Shown piece after piece: positions 29,947 to 39,402 of a stretch of DNA of 64,000 nt. The stretch is from Rhodospirillales bacterium (lineage in GTDB: Bacteria > Pseudomonadota > Alphaproteobacteria > CACIAM-22H2), in NCBI GenBank assembly GCA_947445225.1, contig CANFCX010000002.1, positions 26,119 through 90,118 on the forward strand, read 5' to 3'. Positions within the stretch are counted from its first letter, which is position 1, and each line of letters starts with the position of its first letter. A program made the translations under genes and the position numbers. Under the pieces are notes generated by a model. That model was given only the letters and a program-made list of their open reading frames with translations. It was not told the origin of the DNA and ran no database searches.

Positions 29947-30665
29947 GCACCGGCGTTCTTTGCGTGATCCCGGCGCGCGGCGGGTCAAAAGGCCTGCCCC
30001 GGAAAAACGTCCTGCCCCTGGCCGGGCGGCCGCTAGTCGGCTACCCCATCGCGGCGGCGAAGGCGAGCGGCGTGTGCGATGCCATCTTCGTCACGACCGA
30101 CGACGAAGAAATCGCGGCGGTTGCCCGGGCCGAGGGCGCCGATGTGCCGTTCCTGCGGCCCGCCGATTTGGCCGGGGACCTGACGACGACGGAAGCCACG
30201 TTGCGCCACGCCTTGCTCGCCTATGAGTCCCATACCGGACGGCAATTCGACATTTGCGTCTTCCTGACGCCGACCGACATCTTTCGCAGCCCGGCCTGGA
30301 TTGCTCGCGCCGTGAACCTGCTGAAGGAACAGCCGAAACTCGAAAGCGCCTTCGCCGGTACCGCCACGCACAAGAATTACTGGGACCGCGAACCCGGCGG
30401 CGCCTGGGTTCGCGTCCTGCCCTGGATGCGCGACTACAGCTCGCGGCAGGTGCGCCGGAAAATCTATCGCGAGGACACCGGGCTCGCCTGCGCCAGCCGC
30501 GCCGATATCTGGCGCGGCGGACGGCGAATCGGCGACGTCGTTGAAATCATTCCCAACGACCTCCCCGAGACGGCGATCGACATCCATACCGCCTTCGACC
30601 TGTTCCTGGCGACCAAGGCGATCGAATATCTGCGCGCGCACCACCCCGAGCGCCTCCCCGTCTGA
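29943..30665 (+). CDS. acylneuraminate cytidylyltransferase family protein (CMP-ulosonic acid synthetase)
   Basis: N-terminal VIPARGGSKGLPRKN motif of NeuA/PseF/LegF family. Confidence 0.8.
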   Translation: MSTGVLCVIPARGGSKGLPRKNVLPLAGRPLVGYPIAAAKASGVCDAIFVTTDDEEIAAVARAEGADVPFLRPADLAGDLTTTEATLRHALLAYESHTGRQFDICVFLTPTDIFRSPAWIARAVNLLKEQPKLESAFAGTATHKNYWDREPGGAWVRVLPWMRDYSSRQVRRKIYREDTGLACASRADIWRGGRRIGDVVEIIPNDLPETAIDIHTAFDLFLATKAIEYLRAHHPERLPV

Positions 30666-32062
30666 TGGCAAAAACACCAACCGCGACTTCAGGCAACGAT
30701 GGACCTTTGGTCTCCATCATCGTACGCACAAAGAACGAGGAGCGCTGGATCGGTAGCTGCCTGCGCGCCATCCAACGCCAGACCTATCGCAATTACGAAA
30801 TTATCCTGGTCGATAACCTGTCGACCGACCAGACGGTGGCGAAGGCCGCGCCTTTCGGTGTCAAGCTGGTGCGAATCGACAAATTCCTGCCCGGCAAGTC
30901 CCTGAACGACGGCATCCGCGCCAGTCGTGGAGAGATTCTGGTCTGCCTTTCCGGGCACTGCATCCCGGTCAACGAGGTCTGGCTTGGCAATCTCGTCCGC
31001 AATCTCGGCGATTCAGACGTCGCGGGCGTTTATGGCCGTCAGGAGCCGTTGAGCTTTTCGTCCGATCTCGATAAACGCGACCTGCTCATTACATTTGGCC
31101 TCGACCGCAAAGTACAGGTCAGGGACAGCTTTTTTCACAACGCCAACAGCGCGATGCGGCGGGCGGTCTGGGATCGCTTTCCCTTCGACGAAACCGTGAC
31201 CAATATCGAGGATCGGGTGTGGGCGCGACAGGTCCTATCCGCGGGCATGAAGATCGTCTACGAGCCCGAAGCCAGCGTCTACCACTGGCACGGCATCCAT
31301 CAGGAGATGAATTCTGAGCGGGCGCGCAATGTCGTGCGCATCATGGAACAGATCGATGGTACCGAAAGGATCGGCGCCGGCCCCGATTCCGCCGACCTTC
31401 ACGTCGTGGCGATCGTGCCGAGCAAGGGCGAACCGCGCCGATTCAACAACGCGCCGCTCGCCCTGCCCACGCTACGCCACGCGCTGGCCGCCAAATACGT
31501 CAACCATGTATTTGTCGCCACCGACAATGACGAGATGGCGGCGGTGGCGCGATCCGCCGGCGCCGGCGTCATCATGCGGCCGCCGAGCCTGTCCGAAGAC
31601 TACGTTGATATCGTCGATGTGTTGCAATTCGCCTTGGAACGAATCGAGGCGCAGGGGACTGTCCCGGATTTGGTCGTCGCACTCGAGGAGACCCACCCCT
31701 TTCGCCCAATCGCCCTCGTGGATTCAATGATCGCCAAATTGGTGAAGGAAGGGATGGACAGCCTGGTGGCGGCCAAACGGGAGCCCCGCCGCGTGTGGCT
31801 GAGCGACGATGGCTCGATCCGAGATGCGGGAGAGGGCGGATTCATGCCGCGTCAGTTCAAACGCACCGTGGCGTTTATCGGGCTGTTCGGTCTCGCCTTC
31901 GTCACTCACCCCAGCCTGATCCGCAGCGGCAGCATGTTCGGCGGCAAGGCCGGCATCTACGAAATCGACGATCCCTTCTGCGGCATCGAAATCCGCAGCG
32001 AGGAGCATCTGAAAAAAGCCGGCCCGCTGTTCGAGGCGTGGTCCCGAGAGACCCGGCCGTGA
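30665..32062 (+). CDS. bifunctional fusion: N-terminal GT2 glycosyltransferase + C-terminal acylneuraminate-cytidylyltransferase-like domain
   Basis: N-term VSIIVRTKNEERWIGSCLRAIQRQTY...EIILVDN (GT2), C-term AIVPSKGEPRRFNNAPLA...ATDNDEMAAVARSAG (CTase). Confidence 0.65.
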   Translation: MAKTPTATSGNDGPLVSIIVRTKNEERWIGSCLRAIQRQTYRNYEIILVDNLSTDQTVAKAAPFGVKLVRIDKFLPGKSLNDGIRASRGEILVCLSGHCIPVNEVWLGNLVRNLGDSDVAGVYGRQEPLSFSSDLDKRDLLITFGLDRKVQVRDSFFHNANSAMRRAVWDRFPFDETVTNIEDRVWARQVLSAGMKIVYEPEASVYHWHGIHQEMNSERARNVVRIMEQIDGTERIGAGPDSADLHVVAIVPSKGEPRRFNNAPLALPTLRHALAAKYVNHVFVATDNDEMAAVARSAGAGVIMRPPSLSEDYVDIVDVLQFALERIEAQGTVPDLVVALEETHPFRPIALVDSMIAKLVKEGMDSLVAAKREPRRVWLSDDGSIRDAGEGGFMPRQFKRTVAFIGLFGLAFVTHPSLIRSGSMFGGKAGIYEIDDPFCGIEIRSEEHLKKAGPLFEAWSRETRP

Positions 32063-33150
32063 GTCGCCGGAGTTATCGCGCCGCGTTCATCGGCTGCGGC
32101 CGCGTGGCCGAGCACTATGTGCGCATTCTCACCAAGATCGATCCGGTCGATCGGCTTGCGATCGCCGCTTGCAGCGATCCGATCGAAGCTAAAGCGCGGT
32201 CGATCGGCGCCGCGCTTGGCGCCAAACCCTACGGCAATACCGCCCAAATGCTCGCCGAAACCCGGCCCGATCTGGCCATCGTGATGACGCCCAGCGGATA
32301 CCACTATGACCATGCCAAGCAGGCGCTGGAGGCCGGATGCCACGTTCTCGCGGAGAAACCGGTGACGATCATCCCCGGCCAGGCAGGTGAGCTTGCGACT
32401 CTCGCCCGCGCTCGCGGTTTGCTCTACGGCGGCGTATTCCAGAACCGGTACAATCCGGCGCTCCGAAAGCTGCGCGAAGCCGTCGATAAGGGACGCTTCG
32501 GCACCATCGTAACGGCCGCCATTCGCCTGCGCTGGTGCCGCACCCAGGATTATTACGAGGATGGGTGGCACGGCACCTGGGCCATGGATGGCGGTGTCAT
32601 CAACCAGCAGGCCATACATCATGTCGATGCGCTGAATTGGCTTTGCGGCCCGATCGAGGCTGTCTCCGCGTCGGCCGGCAACCGCCTGAACCGGCTGGAG
32701 GCGGAGGACACGATGGTGGCCGCCATCCGCTTTTCCAGCGGCGCGCTCGGCACCATCGAGGCGACGACCGCGGCGCGACCGGTGGATTTCGAAGCCTCGC
32801 TGAGCATCGTCGGTGAGAAGGGAATGGTCCAGGTCGGCGGCATCGCCCTCAACCATATCGATGTCTGGCGTTTCGTGGTGCCCGAAGCGGAAGACGCGGA
32901 GATTCCCGCCCGCTGGTCGCAAGAGGTGGAATTCGGCTACGGAGTCGGCCACGGTCCGCTGCTTCGGGATTGGGTGGCGGCGCTGGATGCTGGCGCCGTC
33001 GAGCCACCGATCCCGGCGATGCAGGCGGTCCAGGCCGTCGAGCTGGTGCACGCGCTCTACGCCAGCGTCGAGACCGGCAACTGGGTCCGACCGCGCGACA
33101 AGGCGCAATCCGCGCGACTGGGCATCGCGCCGAAATCAAGGGCATCATGA
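32059..33150 (+). CDS. Gfo/Idh/MocA family NAD(P)-dependent oxidoreductase
   Basis: AFIGCGRVAEHY Rossmann start, EKP motif (VLAEKPV); GTG 32059 overlaps upstream stop (GTGA). Confidence 0.8.
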   Translation: MSRRSYRAAFIGCGRVAEHYVRILTKIDPVDRLAIAACSDPIEAKARSIGAALGAKPYGNTAQMLAETRPDLAIVMTPSGYHYDHAKQALEAGCHVLAEKPVTIIPGQAGELATLARARGLLYGGVFQNRYNPALRKLREAVDKGRFGTIVTAAIRLRWCRTQDYYEDGWHGTWAMDGGVINQQAIHHVDALNWLCGPIEAVSASAGNRLNRLEAEDTMVAAIRFSSGALGTIEATTAARPVDFEASLSIVGEKGMVQVGGIALNHIDVWRFVVPEAEDAEIPARWSQEVEFGYGVGHGPLLRDWVAALDAGAVEPPIPAMQAVQAVELVHALYASVETGNWVRPRDKAQSARLGIAPKSRAS

Positions 33151-34043
33151 CCACGATTGAAAACAAGTTTCCCGGCAAGGATGTCTCCGACGATGACCTG
33201 CGCACGAAACTCAGGCTGACGGCGAAGGCCAATCCCGGACACAGGAGCCGATTCACCGTGGCCGGGGTTGAATTCGGCGGCGATCTCGTCCCCGTCTTCG
33301 CCGGCCCGAACATGGTCGAGTCCGAGAGCCTGATCGTCGATATCGCCAAAGCCGTCAAACGGGCGGGCGCTCATTTCCTGCGCGGCGGCGCCTTCAAGCC
33401 GCTGACGTTCCCCTATCGCAGCGCGAAATACGCCGAGACACGCGAAGAGGGAATTGCCTGGCTCGCTCGCGCCAAGGCGGTGGCGGGAATCCCGGTCATC
33501 ACCGAGATCATGGAAGAGAAGTACATACCGCTCGTCGCCGGAGTCGCCGACATCCTCCAGATCGGCGCCCGCAACATGCAGAACTATCCCTTGATCGTCG
33601 CCTGCGCGCGGACCGGCAAGCCGATCATGTTGAAACGCCATTTCGGCTGCTCGTTGCGCGATTGGCTGGGCGCGGCGGAATACATCCTGGCCGAGGGCAA
33701 TGAAAAGGTGATCCTGTGCGAGCGCGGCATCTCCGCACCGCACACGCACCGCGCCACCTCGCGCTTCCTCCTCGATCTTCAAGTCGTGCCGGCCGCGCAG
33801 GAAGTGACACATCTGCCGATCGTCGTTGATCCCAGCCACGCCACCTTTTGGCGGGCTTGGGTGGCGCCGATGGCTCTCGCCTCGGTCGCCGCCGGAGCCG
33901 ACGGCGTGATGATCGAAGTTCACCCCGATCCGCCCAACGCCGCGGTCGATCCCCTGCAACCCGTCGACTACGCCGAGTTCAAGGACATCATGGGCCGCAT
34001 GGACGCGGTCGCCCGCGCCGTCGGACGAAAAGTGCTGGCGTGA
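33147..34043 (+). CDS. DAHP synthetase I family protein (type I-beta DAHPS/KDOPS-like PEP aldolase) paralog
   Basis: [10 protein letters not shown] and [13 protein letters not shown] motifs match AroA(G)/T. maritima-type DAHPS; 298 aa; ATGA overlap with upstream gene. Confidence 0.75.
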   Translation: MTTIENKFPGKDVSDDDLRTKLRLTAKANPGHRSRFTVAGVEFGGDLVPVFAGPNMVESESLIVDIAKAVKRAGAHFLRGGAFKPLTFPYRSAKYAETREEGIAWLARAKAVAGIPVITEIMEEKYIPLVAGVADILQIGARNMQNYPLIVACARTGKPIMLKRHFGCSLRDWLGAAEYILAEGNEKVILCERGISAPHTHRATSRFLLDLQVVPAAQEVTHLPIVVDPSHATFWRAWVAPMALASVAAGADGVMIEVHPDPPNAAVDPLQPVDYAEFKDIMGRMDAVARAVGRKVLA

Positions 34044-34933
34044 CGGCGATCTCCGGACTGATCGAGAACAACGTAGCGTGGCAGCCGGGCAAGCCCTTCG
34101 CGGCGATCTTGGGCGCCAGCCCCTCAAAGGGGGCGCGGTCGCCTCGCCTTTGGAATGCAGCCTTCGCCGCGTGCGGCCGGGATTCAAGGATGGTGCCGTT
34201 CGACGTGACCGCGGCCAAACTGGCGGCTCTGCTGGAGGCCCTCGACCGCGATACCGATTTCCTCGGCGCGGCGATTGCCGTGCCGCATAAGGAGGCCGTG
34301 GCCCGGTGGCTCGGGGAGCGCGTCACTCCGGAAGCCGCGCGGATCGGAGCCGTGAACTGCCTCTTTCGGCGCGACGGACGCCTTTGGGGCACCAATACCG
34401 ATGGCGAGGCCGCCCGCGTCAGCCTGGAGCGAAGAGTTGGCGGGCTGTTGTCGGAGAAGCGTGTCCTCCTGCTCGGCCCCGGAGGCGCTGGCAAGGCAGT
34501 CGCGGCCTTCATCGTCGGCGGCTGCCGCGCGCTGTTTTTGGTCGGACGCGATGCCGAACGGACGCGCGCCTTCGCGGACAGGATCGGAGCGTCGTCCATT
34601 TCCGTCTCGGCACTCGATGCGCAATTGCCGGCGGTGGATGTGCTGGTCAACTGCACCAGCGTCGGCAGCGCCGCGGCCGGCACGGCGGAGCTTTCGCCGC
34701 TCTCCCCGGCCCAGATTGCGCGGCTTCCCGACCACGCCCTGGTCTTTGACATCATCTACGATCCCAGCCCGACTCGGCTTCTTGCCCTCGCGGCGGCGCG
34801 CGGCCTGGCCACGCTTGACGGGACCGAAATGAACCTCGAACAGGCGGCGCTCGCATTCGGCCATGCCGTTCCCGGCACTGGCACCGCCTCTGACATACAT
34901 GCGGCGATGGCGGCGGCGGCACGCCGCGCGTGA
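34040..34933 (+). CDS. shikimate/quinate 5-dehydrogenase (AroE) family protein
   Basis: SPxxxNAAF-like (SPRLWNAAF), GTNTDG and Rossmann LLLGPGGAGKAV motifs; GTG 34040 overlaps upstream stop (GTGA). Confidence 0.75.
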   Translation: MTAISGLIENNVAWQPGKPFAAILGASPSKGARSPRLWNAAFAACGRDSRMVPFDVTAAKLAALLEALDRDTDFLGAAIAVPHKEAVARWLGERVTPEAARIGAVNCLFRRDGRLWGTNTDGEAARVSLERRVGGLLSEKRVLLLGPGGAGKAVAAFIVGGCRALFLVGRDAERTRAFADRIGASSISVSALDAQLPAVDVLVNCTSVGSAAAGTAELSPLSPAQIARLPDHALVFDIIYDPSPTRLLALAAARGLATLDGTEMNLEQAALAFGHAVPGTGTASDIHAAMAAAARRA

Positions 34934-34967
34934 ACGCCGTCCCGGCGACAACCTCACGGATGGGGAC

Positions 34968-35810
34968 ATGCGCAAAATACTGAAGAGAATATTGATGGCG
35001 CTCGGGCTGTTCCCGATCGTCCTGGCCTTCCTCGACAAAGTCAAAAAGCCATTTCGGCGCACCGTGAACAAATGGCTGCTTTGGACCACAAGGCTGCGGG
35101 GCGGCAGCTACACCGATTTCTACGAGCGGATGATGGACCGCCGCGCCCGCGGCGCCTGGACCGGCAAATCGGGCGCGGCCGTTACCGGCACGCCCGAAGA
35201 GCGGAGGCGCCAGTTCGCCCCGGACTATTTCGCAACCCATGGCTGGATTACACCGGCGACGGTCTTCCTGGACTATGGCTGCGGCGGGGGGGCCACCGGA
35301 GTCAATTTCATCCGCCACCTGGACGCCGGCCGCTACACCGGCGCCGACATCTCAAGCGAATGCCTCGAACGTGCGCGCGGCTGGGTTGCCACATGCGGTC
35401 TTTCGGACAAGAACCCGAATTTCGTTCATTTGAGCCGCGGTTCGCTTGCCGGGCTGGCCGGGAAGAAGTTCGACGTCATCTACGCGCAAGATGTCGTCGT
35501 GCATATGCCGCCCGAGGCGGTTCGACAATTGATCCGCGACATGGCCGAATTTATGCACGAACGAAGTGTATTCCTGCTGACGTTCACCTATGCGGACTCC
35601 GATTGCGAATACCAAAACGACAACGTCAATTGGCACCACAACCCGCGATTCTTTATCGATGCGATCGAAGGGACGCCGCTCGATTGCGAGGAAGTTCGCG
35701 AGTGGGCCACCGCGGGCTACAAGCCAACCGTGCCCATCCGCATGGCCCGCTTCCGTTTGCGGTCGGGCGCGGCGAGTCACGAGCCCCGGGCGGCGGCGAC
35801 GCAGGGATAG
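34968..35810 (+). CDS. class I SAM-dependent methyltransferase
   Basis: Motif I LDYGCGGGATG; ATG 34968 inside ORF 34863..35810. Confidence 0.6.
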   Translation: MRKILKRILMALGLFPIVLAFLDKVKKPFRRTVNKWLLWTTRLRGGSYTDFYERMMDRRARGAWTGKSGAAVTGTPEERRRQFAPDYFATHGWITPATVFLDYGCGGGATGVNFIRHLDAGRYTGADISSECLERARGWVATCGLSDKNPNFVHLSRGSLAGLAGKKFDVIYAQDVVVHMPPEAVRQLIRDMAEFMHERSVFLLTFTYADSDCEYQNDNVNWHHNPRFFIDAIEGTPLDCEEVREWATAGYKPTVPIRMARFRLRSGAASHEPRAAATQG

Positions 35811-35816
35811 GCACAC

Positions 35817-36752
35817 ATGGACGCGCAAGCCAAAATCAAACCGCGCCGCACACCGGTCCAAGAAATGATGTTCATTTACGGTCTGCGCGCGGGCTTGCCC
35901 TTTCCGGCGATCAAGGTCGCCGCGGAGGCTCTGGACGTTGCGCGCCGCCCGTTGGATTGCTGGCATCGCCGCGCCGTCGCCCGATCGGTGTCGGCCGGTT
36001 CGTCGCGGCGGAACCACATTCCCCGGGCGAAGGGATTTGAGTTCATCGATTCCACGATCGTCCCGGAGATCGCGGCGCTGGTTTCCGCCGGGCAGGCGCT
36101 TTACGCCGAACGCGCGCGTTCCGTGCCCCAGGATGGGGCGCAGCCTTTCTACGACATCCTAACTGCGCGCGACATTCTCGACCAAAAGGCATTTCTCGAC
36201 GCGGCCTTGTCGCCGGCGATGGTCGAGATCGCCGCGGGCTATTTCGGCACGATGCCACGGCTGCAAAACCTAATGCTCTGTGTCTCGCCAGGCCGTCCCG
36301 CCTCGGCCCAAAGCGAACTGTTCCATTTGGATAAACCAAACGTTGGATTCCTGCAGGCCTTCGTCAACGTGCTCGATGTGGGGCCGGAAAACGGTCCGCT
36401 AACCTTTCTGCCCGCCGATGTTACCGCCCGCGTTCGCAGCGCCACCGGTTATGACCGCCGCTCGTTTTCCGGCGATACACGTCTCCGCGACGAAGAGGTG
36501 TTTCAGCATTGCCGTCACGAGGACGCCGTCGCCCTGGTCGGTCCGGCCGGGCACGGCGCCTTCGTCGACACGTCGAATTGCCTGCATTTCGGCTCTCGAT
36601 GCCGCGGCGGTGTTCGCGTCGTTTGTATTATTCAATACGCCCCGGCGCATAAATGTCGCCCGTCCTTTTCCGGGCGTTTCGACGGTCATCGATTCGGCGG
36701 CGATCCGATCCGGAGTCTCTTGCTCGACGGCGCGAGGCCGCGGTCCGAGTGA
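35817..36752 (+). CDS. phytanoyl-CoA dioxygenase (PhyH) family Fe(II)/2-oxoglutarate oxygenase candidate
   Basis: H-x-D facial triad candidate (FHLDKP), ENGPLTFLP motif. Confidence 0.45.
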   Translation: MDAQAKIKPRRTPVQEMMFIYGLRAGLPFPAIKVAAEALDVARRPLDCWHRRAVARSVSAGSSRRNHIPRAKGFEFIDSTIVPEIAALVSAGQALYAERARSVPQDGAQPFYDILTARDILDQKAFLDAALSPAMVEIAAGYFGTMPRLQNLMLCVSPGRPASAQSELFHLDKPNVGFLQAFVNVLDVGPENGPLTFLPADVTARVRSATGYDRRSFSGDTRLRDEEVFQHCRHEDAVALVGPAGHGAFVDTSNCLHFGSRCRGGVRVVCIIQYAPAHKCRPSFSGRFDGHRFGGDPIRSLLLDGARPRSE

Positions 36753-38581
36753 CGGATTTGGGTTACAAGGACGCCATCCGCGCCGCACCGCGAGTCGGCT
36801 TCACGCGCCGCCGTGTCGCGATATTGCTGGTGTTACAGGTTGGCGCGGTCGCCTTCGAGGGCCTCGGCATTTCCATGCTGCTGCCTGTGTTCCAATTCAT
36901 GCAGGCCGGCGAGGCCATCGGCCCGCTCGCCGACAGCACGTTTTGGCGCTGGATCATCTCGGCGCACGAGGCCCTCGGCCTCGGGGTCAGCCTGGTGACC
37001 CTGCTGGCCGCGAGTTTCGCCGGAATTCTCTTTCGCCAGGCCTTCGTCTACGCGCGCATGATCTATGAGGCCCGGGTCAATGAGTCCTCCATCCAATCGC
37101 TGCGCAATCTCGGGTTTCGCCGCTATTTGACCGCGCGCGTCACCGCGCAGGAAGACGTTCGGCTCGGCGCCGTGGTTAACGACCTGGTCGTCGAAGCCCC
37201 GCGTGCCGTCGCCGCGGTGATGTGTGTGGTACGCGTCGCGGGCGGCACCATCCTGATGGCCTTCTACGCCGGATTGCTGACCCTGCTGTCGCCCTGGATG
37301 ACGCTTGCCTCTTCGATCGTCTTCGGGGCCGCCATCGGCATGCTCCGCCGCCTGCTCGGTCAAAGCCGGGAGGCCAGTCAACGGATCAGCGAATCCAGCC
37401 GCACCGTAGCCACCTTCCTCGCCGAGCGATTGAAGGCCGTGCGCCTCATTCGTTTATCCGGCACCCAAGCCGGCGAGATCGCCCGCATGGAAATGTTGAC
37501 GCTGCGACAGGCTAAAAGGGCCGTGCATTTCCAATCGCTGGGGGCGAGCATCAACACCTTGATGGAGCCGGTGGTCGTGGCCTTCAGCTTCGTCATGCTG
37601 TACGTGGCGACAACCGTTGCCGCGATGCCGCTCGAATCGATCGGGCTATTTCTGTTGATCCTGCTGCGTTTGCTCCCGGCCGTGACCGAGATGGTGAAGA
37701 TGCACCACGTCGTTCTGGGTTTCTCGGCGAGTCTGCGGGCCGTCGAACAAAGGCTGGCCGCCCTCGAATCGGCCCGCGAAGACAAAGGCGGGGAACTCAG
37801 CTTCAGCGGGCTGCGGCGGGCGATTCGCTTCAACGGCGTGACGTTCGATTACGGTCTGGGAACGGAAGTACCGGCGCTGCACGACATTTCCCTCGACATC
37901 CCCGCCGGTCAAATGACGGCGTTGGTCGGACCTTCTGGCAGCGGCAAGTCGACCTTGATCGACCTTCTGCCGCGCCTCCGCGATCCGACCGGCGGTGCGA
38001 TTTCGATCGATGGCGCGGTGCTCACCGAATTCGCGCTCGATTCCCTGCGCGCGGGCATCGCCTATGTGTCGCAGAGTCCCCAGATATTCGACGTTCTGGT
38101 CGCCGAGCACATCCGATACGGCAACCCGAAGGCCACGGATGACGAAGTGCGTGCCGCCGCCCAACTCGCGGGCGCGGCGGAGTTCATCGAGAAGTTGCCG
38201 AAGGGCTACGACACAGCACTTGGCGAAGATGGGCACCGGCTTTCCGGCGGCCAGCGCCAGCGTCTGGACCTCGCTCGCGCGCTCGCACGCCGCTCCCCCG
38301 TCCTTATCCTCGACGAGCCCACCAGCCAACTTGACGCCGACGCCGAGGTCAAGTTCCGAGAGGCGCTGCGCCGCATCCGGCGGGAAACGTCGACGACCAT
38401 CGTCGTGATTGCCCATCGCCTATCGACCGTTGCCGATGCCGATCAGATCATAGTCCTCGACGGCGGCCGACTCATCGCCATCGGCACACATGAGGCCCTG
38501 CTTCGCCGGGGTGGTTGGTATGCCGAGGCCTTTGCCAAACAGACGGCCGGCGCGGCCCCGCTTAACGCCACGGGAACATGA
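36749..38581 (+). CDS. ABC transporter, fused permease/ATP-binding (MsbA/PglK-like type I exporter)
   Basis: Six TM helices then Walker A GPSGSGKST, signature LSGGQRQRLDLARAL, Walker B ILDEPTS; GTG 36749 (GTGA overlap). Confidence 0.85.
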   Translation: MTDLGYKDAIRAAPRVGFTRRRVAILLVLQVGAVAFEGLGISMLLPVFQFMQAGEAIGPLADSTFWRWIISAHEALGLGVSLVTLLAASFAGILFRQAFVYARMIYEARVNESSIQSLRNLGFRRYLTARVTAQEDVRLGAVVNDLVVEAPRAVAAVMCVVRVAGGTILMAFYAGLLTLLSPWMTLASSIVFGAAIGMLRRLLGQSREASQRISESSRTVATFLAERLKAVRLIRLSGTQAGEIARMEMLTLRQAKRAVHFQSLGASINTLMEPVVVAFSFVMLYVATTVAAMPLESIGLFLLILLRLLPAVTEMVKMHHVVLGFSASLRAVEQRLAALESAREDKGGELSFSGLRRAIRFNGVTFDYGLGTEVPALHDISLDIPAGQMTALVGPSGSGKSTLIDLLPRLRDPTGGAISIDGAVLTEFALDSLRAGIAYVSQSPQIFDVLVAEHIRYGNPKATDDEVRAAAQLAGAAEFIEKLPKGYDTALGEDGHRLSGGQRQRLDLARALARRSPVLILDEPTSQLDADAEVKFREALRRIRRETSTTIVVIAHRLSTVADADQIIVLDGGRLIAIGTHEALLRRGGWYAEAFAKQTAGAAPLNATGT

Positions 38582-39402
38582 ACGACGATGCCGAATCCAC
38601 GAATCGGGATAGCGTCATTCGGGTGGCCGTGCTTACGACCGACACGCCGCACCACCGATATTATCTTCGCCGCCTGTGGAACGAGGCGCCGCAGGGTGTC
38701 GAATTCGTTCTCGCGCTTTTCGAGACCAGGCCCTATCCGTGGGGCCGCAATGCCAAGCGACATTTGCGCCAGACCATGCCGAATCTATGGCGCGGCCTTG
38801 CGCTCAACCCCTATTTCCAGCCCCTATCCTTCGCCCGCGCCCAGGCCGAGTTCGAAAATTCGCACTTCTTCCCCGATGGCGATAGCAGCCTTCCCAAATC
38901 CCTCCCGGTCAGAAAAGTCCGATCCGTCAACGATGACGACGCGGCGGTCGCACTTGCCGAGGCAGCGCCGGACCTTCAACTGGTCTATGGCACCGGCGTG
39001 GTCAAGGCACGGACCTTCGATGGGCCGCCGCTCGGCACGGTCAACGCTCATGGCGGAAAATTGCCGGCCTATCGCGGCCTCGACACCAATCTATGGGCGG
39101 TGCTTGAGGGGCGACCCCAGGATATGACCGTGACCCTCCACGGCATCGATGCCGGAATCGATACCGGCCAGATTTACGCCGCCGAGCCCATCGGCCGCAT
39201 CAAGGGCATGAACGCCGTTAATCTGCGCTGTCATACCGCGATCTTGTGCACACGCATGACCATCGATTTGCTCGCGCGTTTTGCCGCCGGCACCGCCAGA
39301 GCGGAGCCACAGACGGGCGAAGGCCGCTACTTCGGTCCGATGCCGTGGCTTCTCAGGCAGCGCGCCGGCCGGCTGCTGCGCGCCTATGCGGAGTCGCCAT
39401 GA
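38578..39402 (+). CDS. formyltransferase family protein (Fmt/PurN-like N-terminal domain)
   Basis: NAHGGKLPAYRGLD catalytic motif of N10-formyl-THF-dependent formyltransferases. Confidence 0.7.
   Translation: MNDDAESTNRDSVIRVAVLTTDTPHHRYYLRRLWNEAPQGVEFVLALFETRPYPWGRNAKRHLRQTMPNLWRGLALNPYFQPLSFARAQAEFENSHFFPDGDSSLPKSLPVRKVRSVNDDDAAVALAEAAPDLQLVYGTGVVKARTFDGPPLGTVNAHGGKLPAYRGLDTNLWAVLEGRPQDMTVTLHGIDAGIDTGQIYAAEPIGRIKGMNAVNLRCHTAILCTRMTIDLLARFAAGTARAEPQTGEGRYFGPMPWLLRQRAGRLLRAYAESP

Noticed and set aside
32059-34933. Possibility that DAHPS-like + AroE-like + Gfo/Idh/MocA represent an aminoshikimate (AHBA/rifamycin-type RifH/RifI/RifL) pathway
   Set aside because: No AHBA synthase, aminoDHQ synthase/dehydratase, kanosamine kinase or PLP aminotransferase is present; the DAHPS-like protein is type I-beta rather than the plant-like class II RifH; context is entirely glycan biosynthesis.
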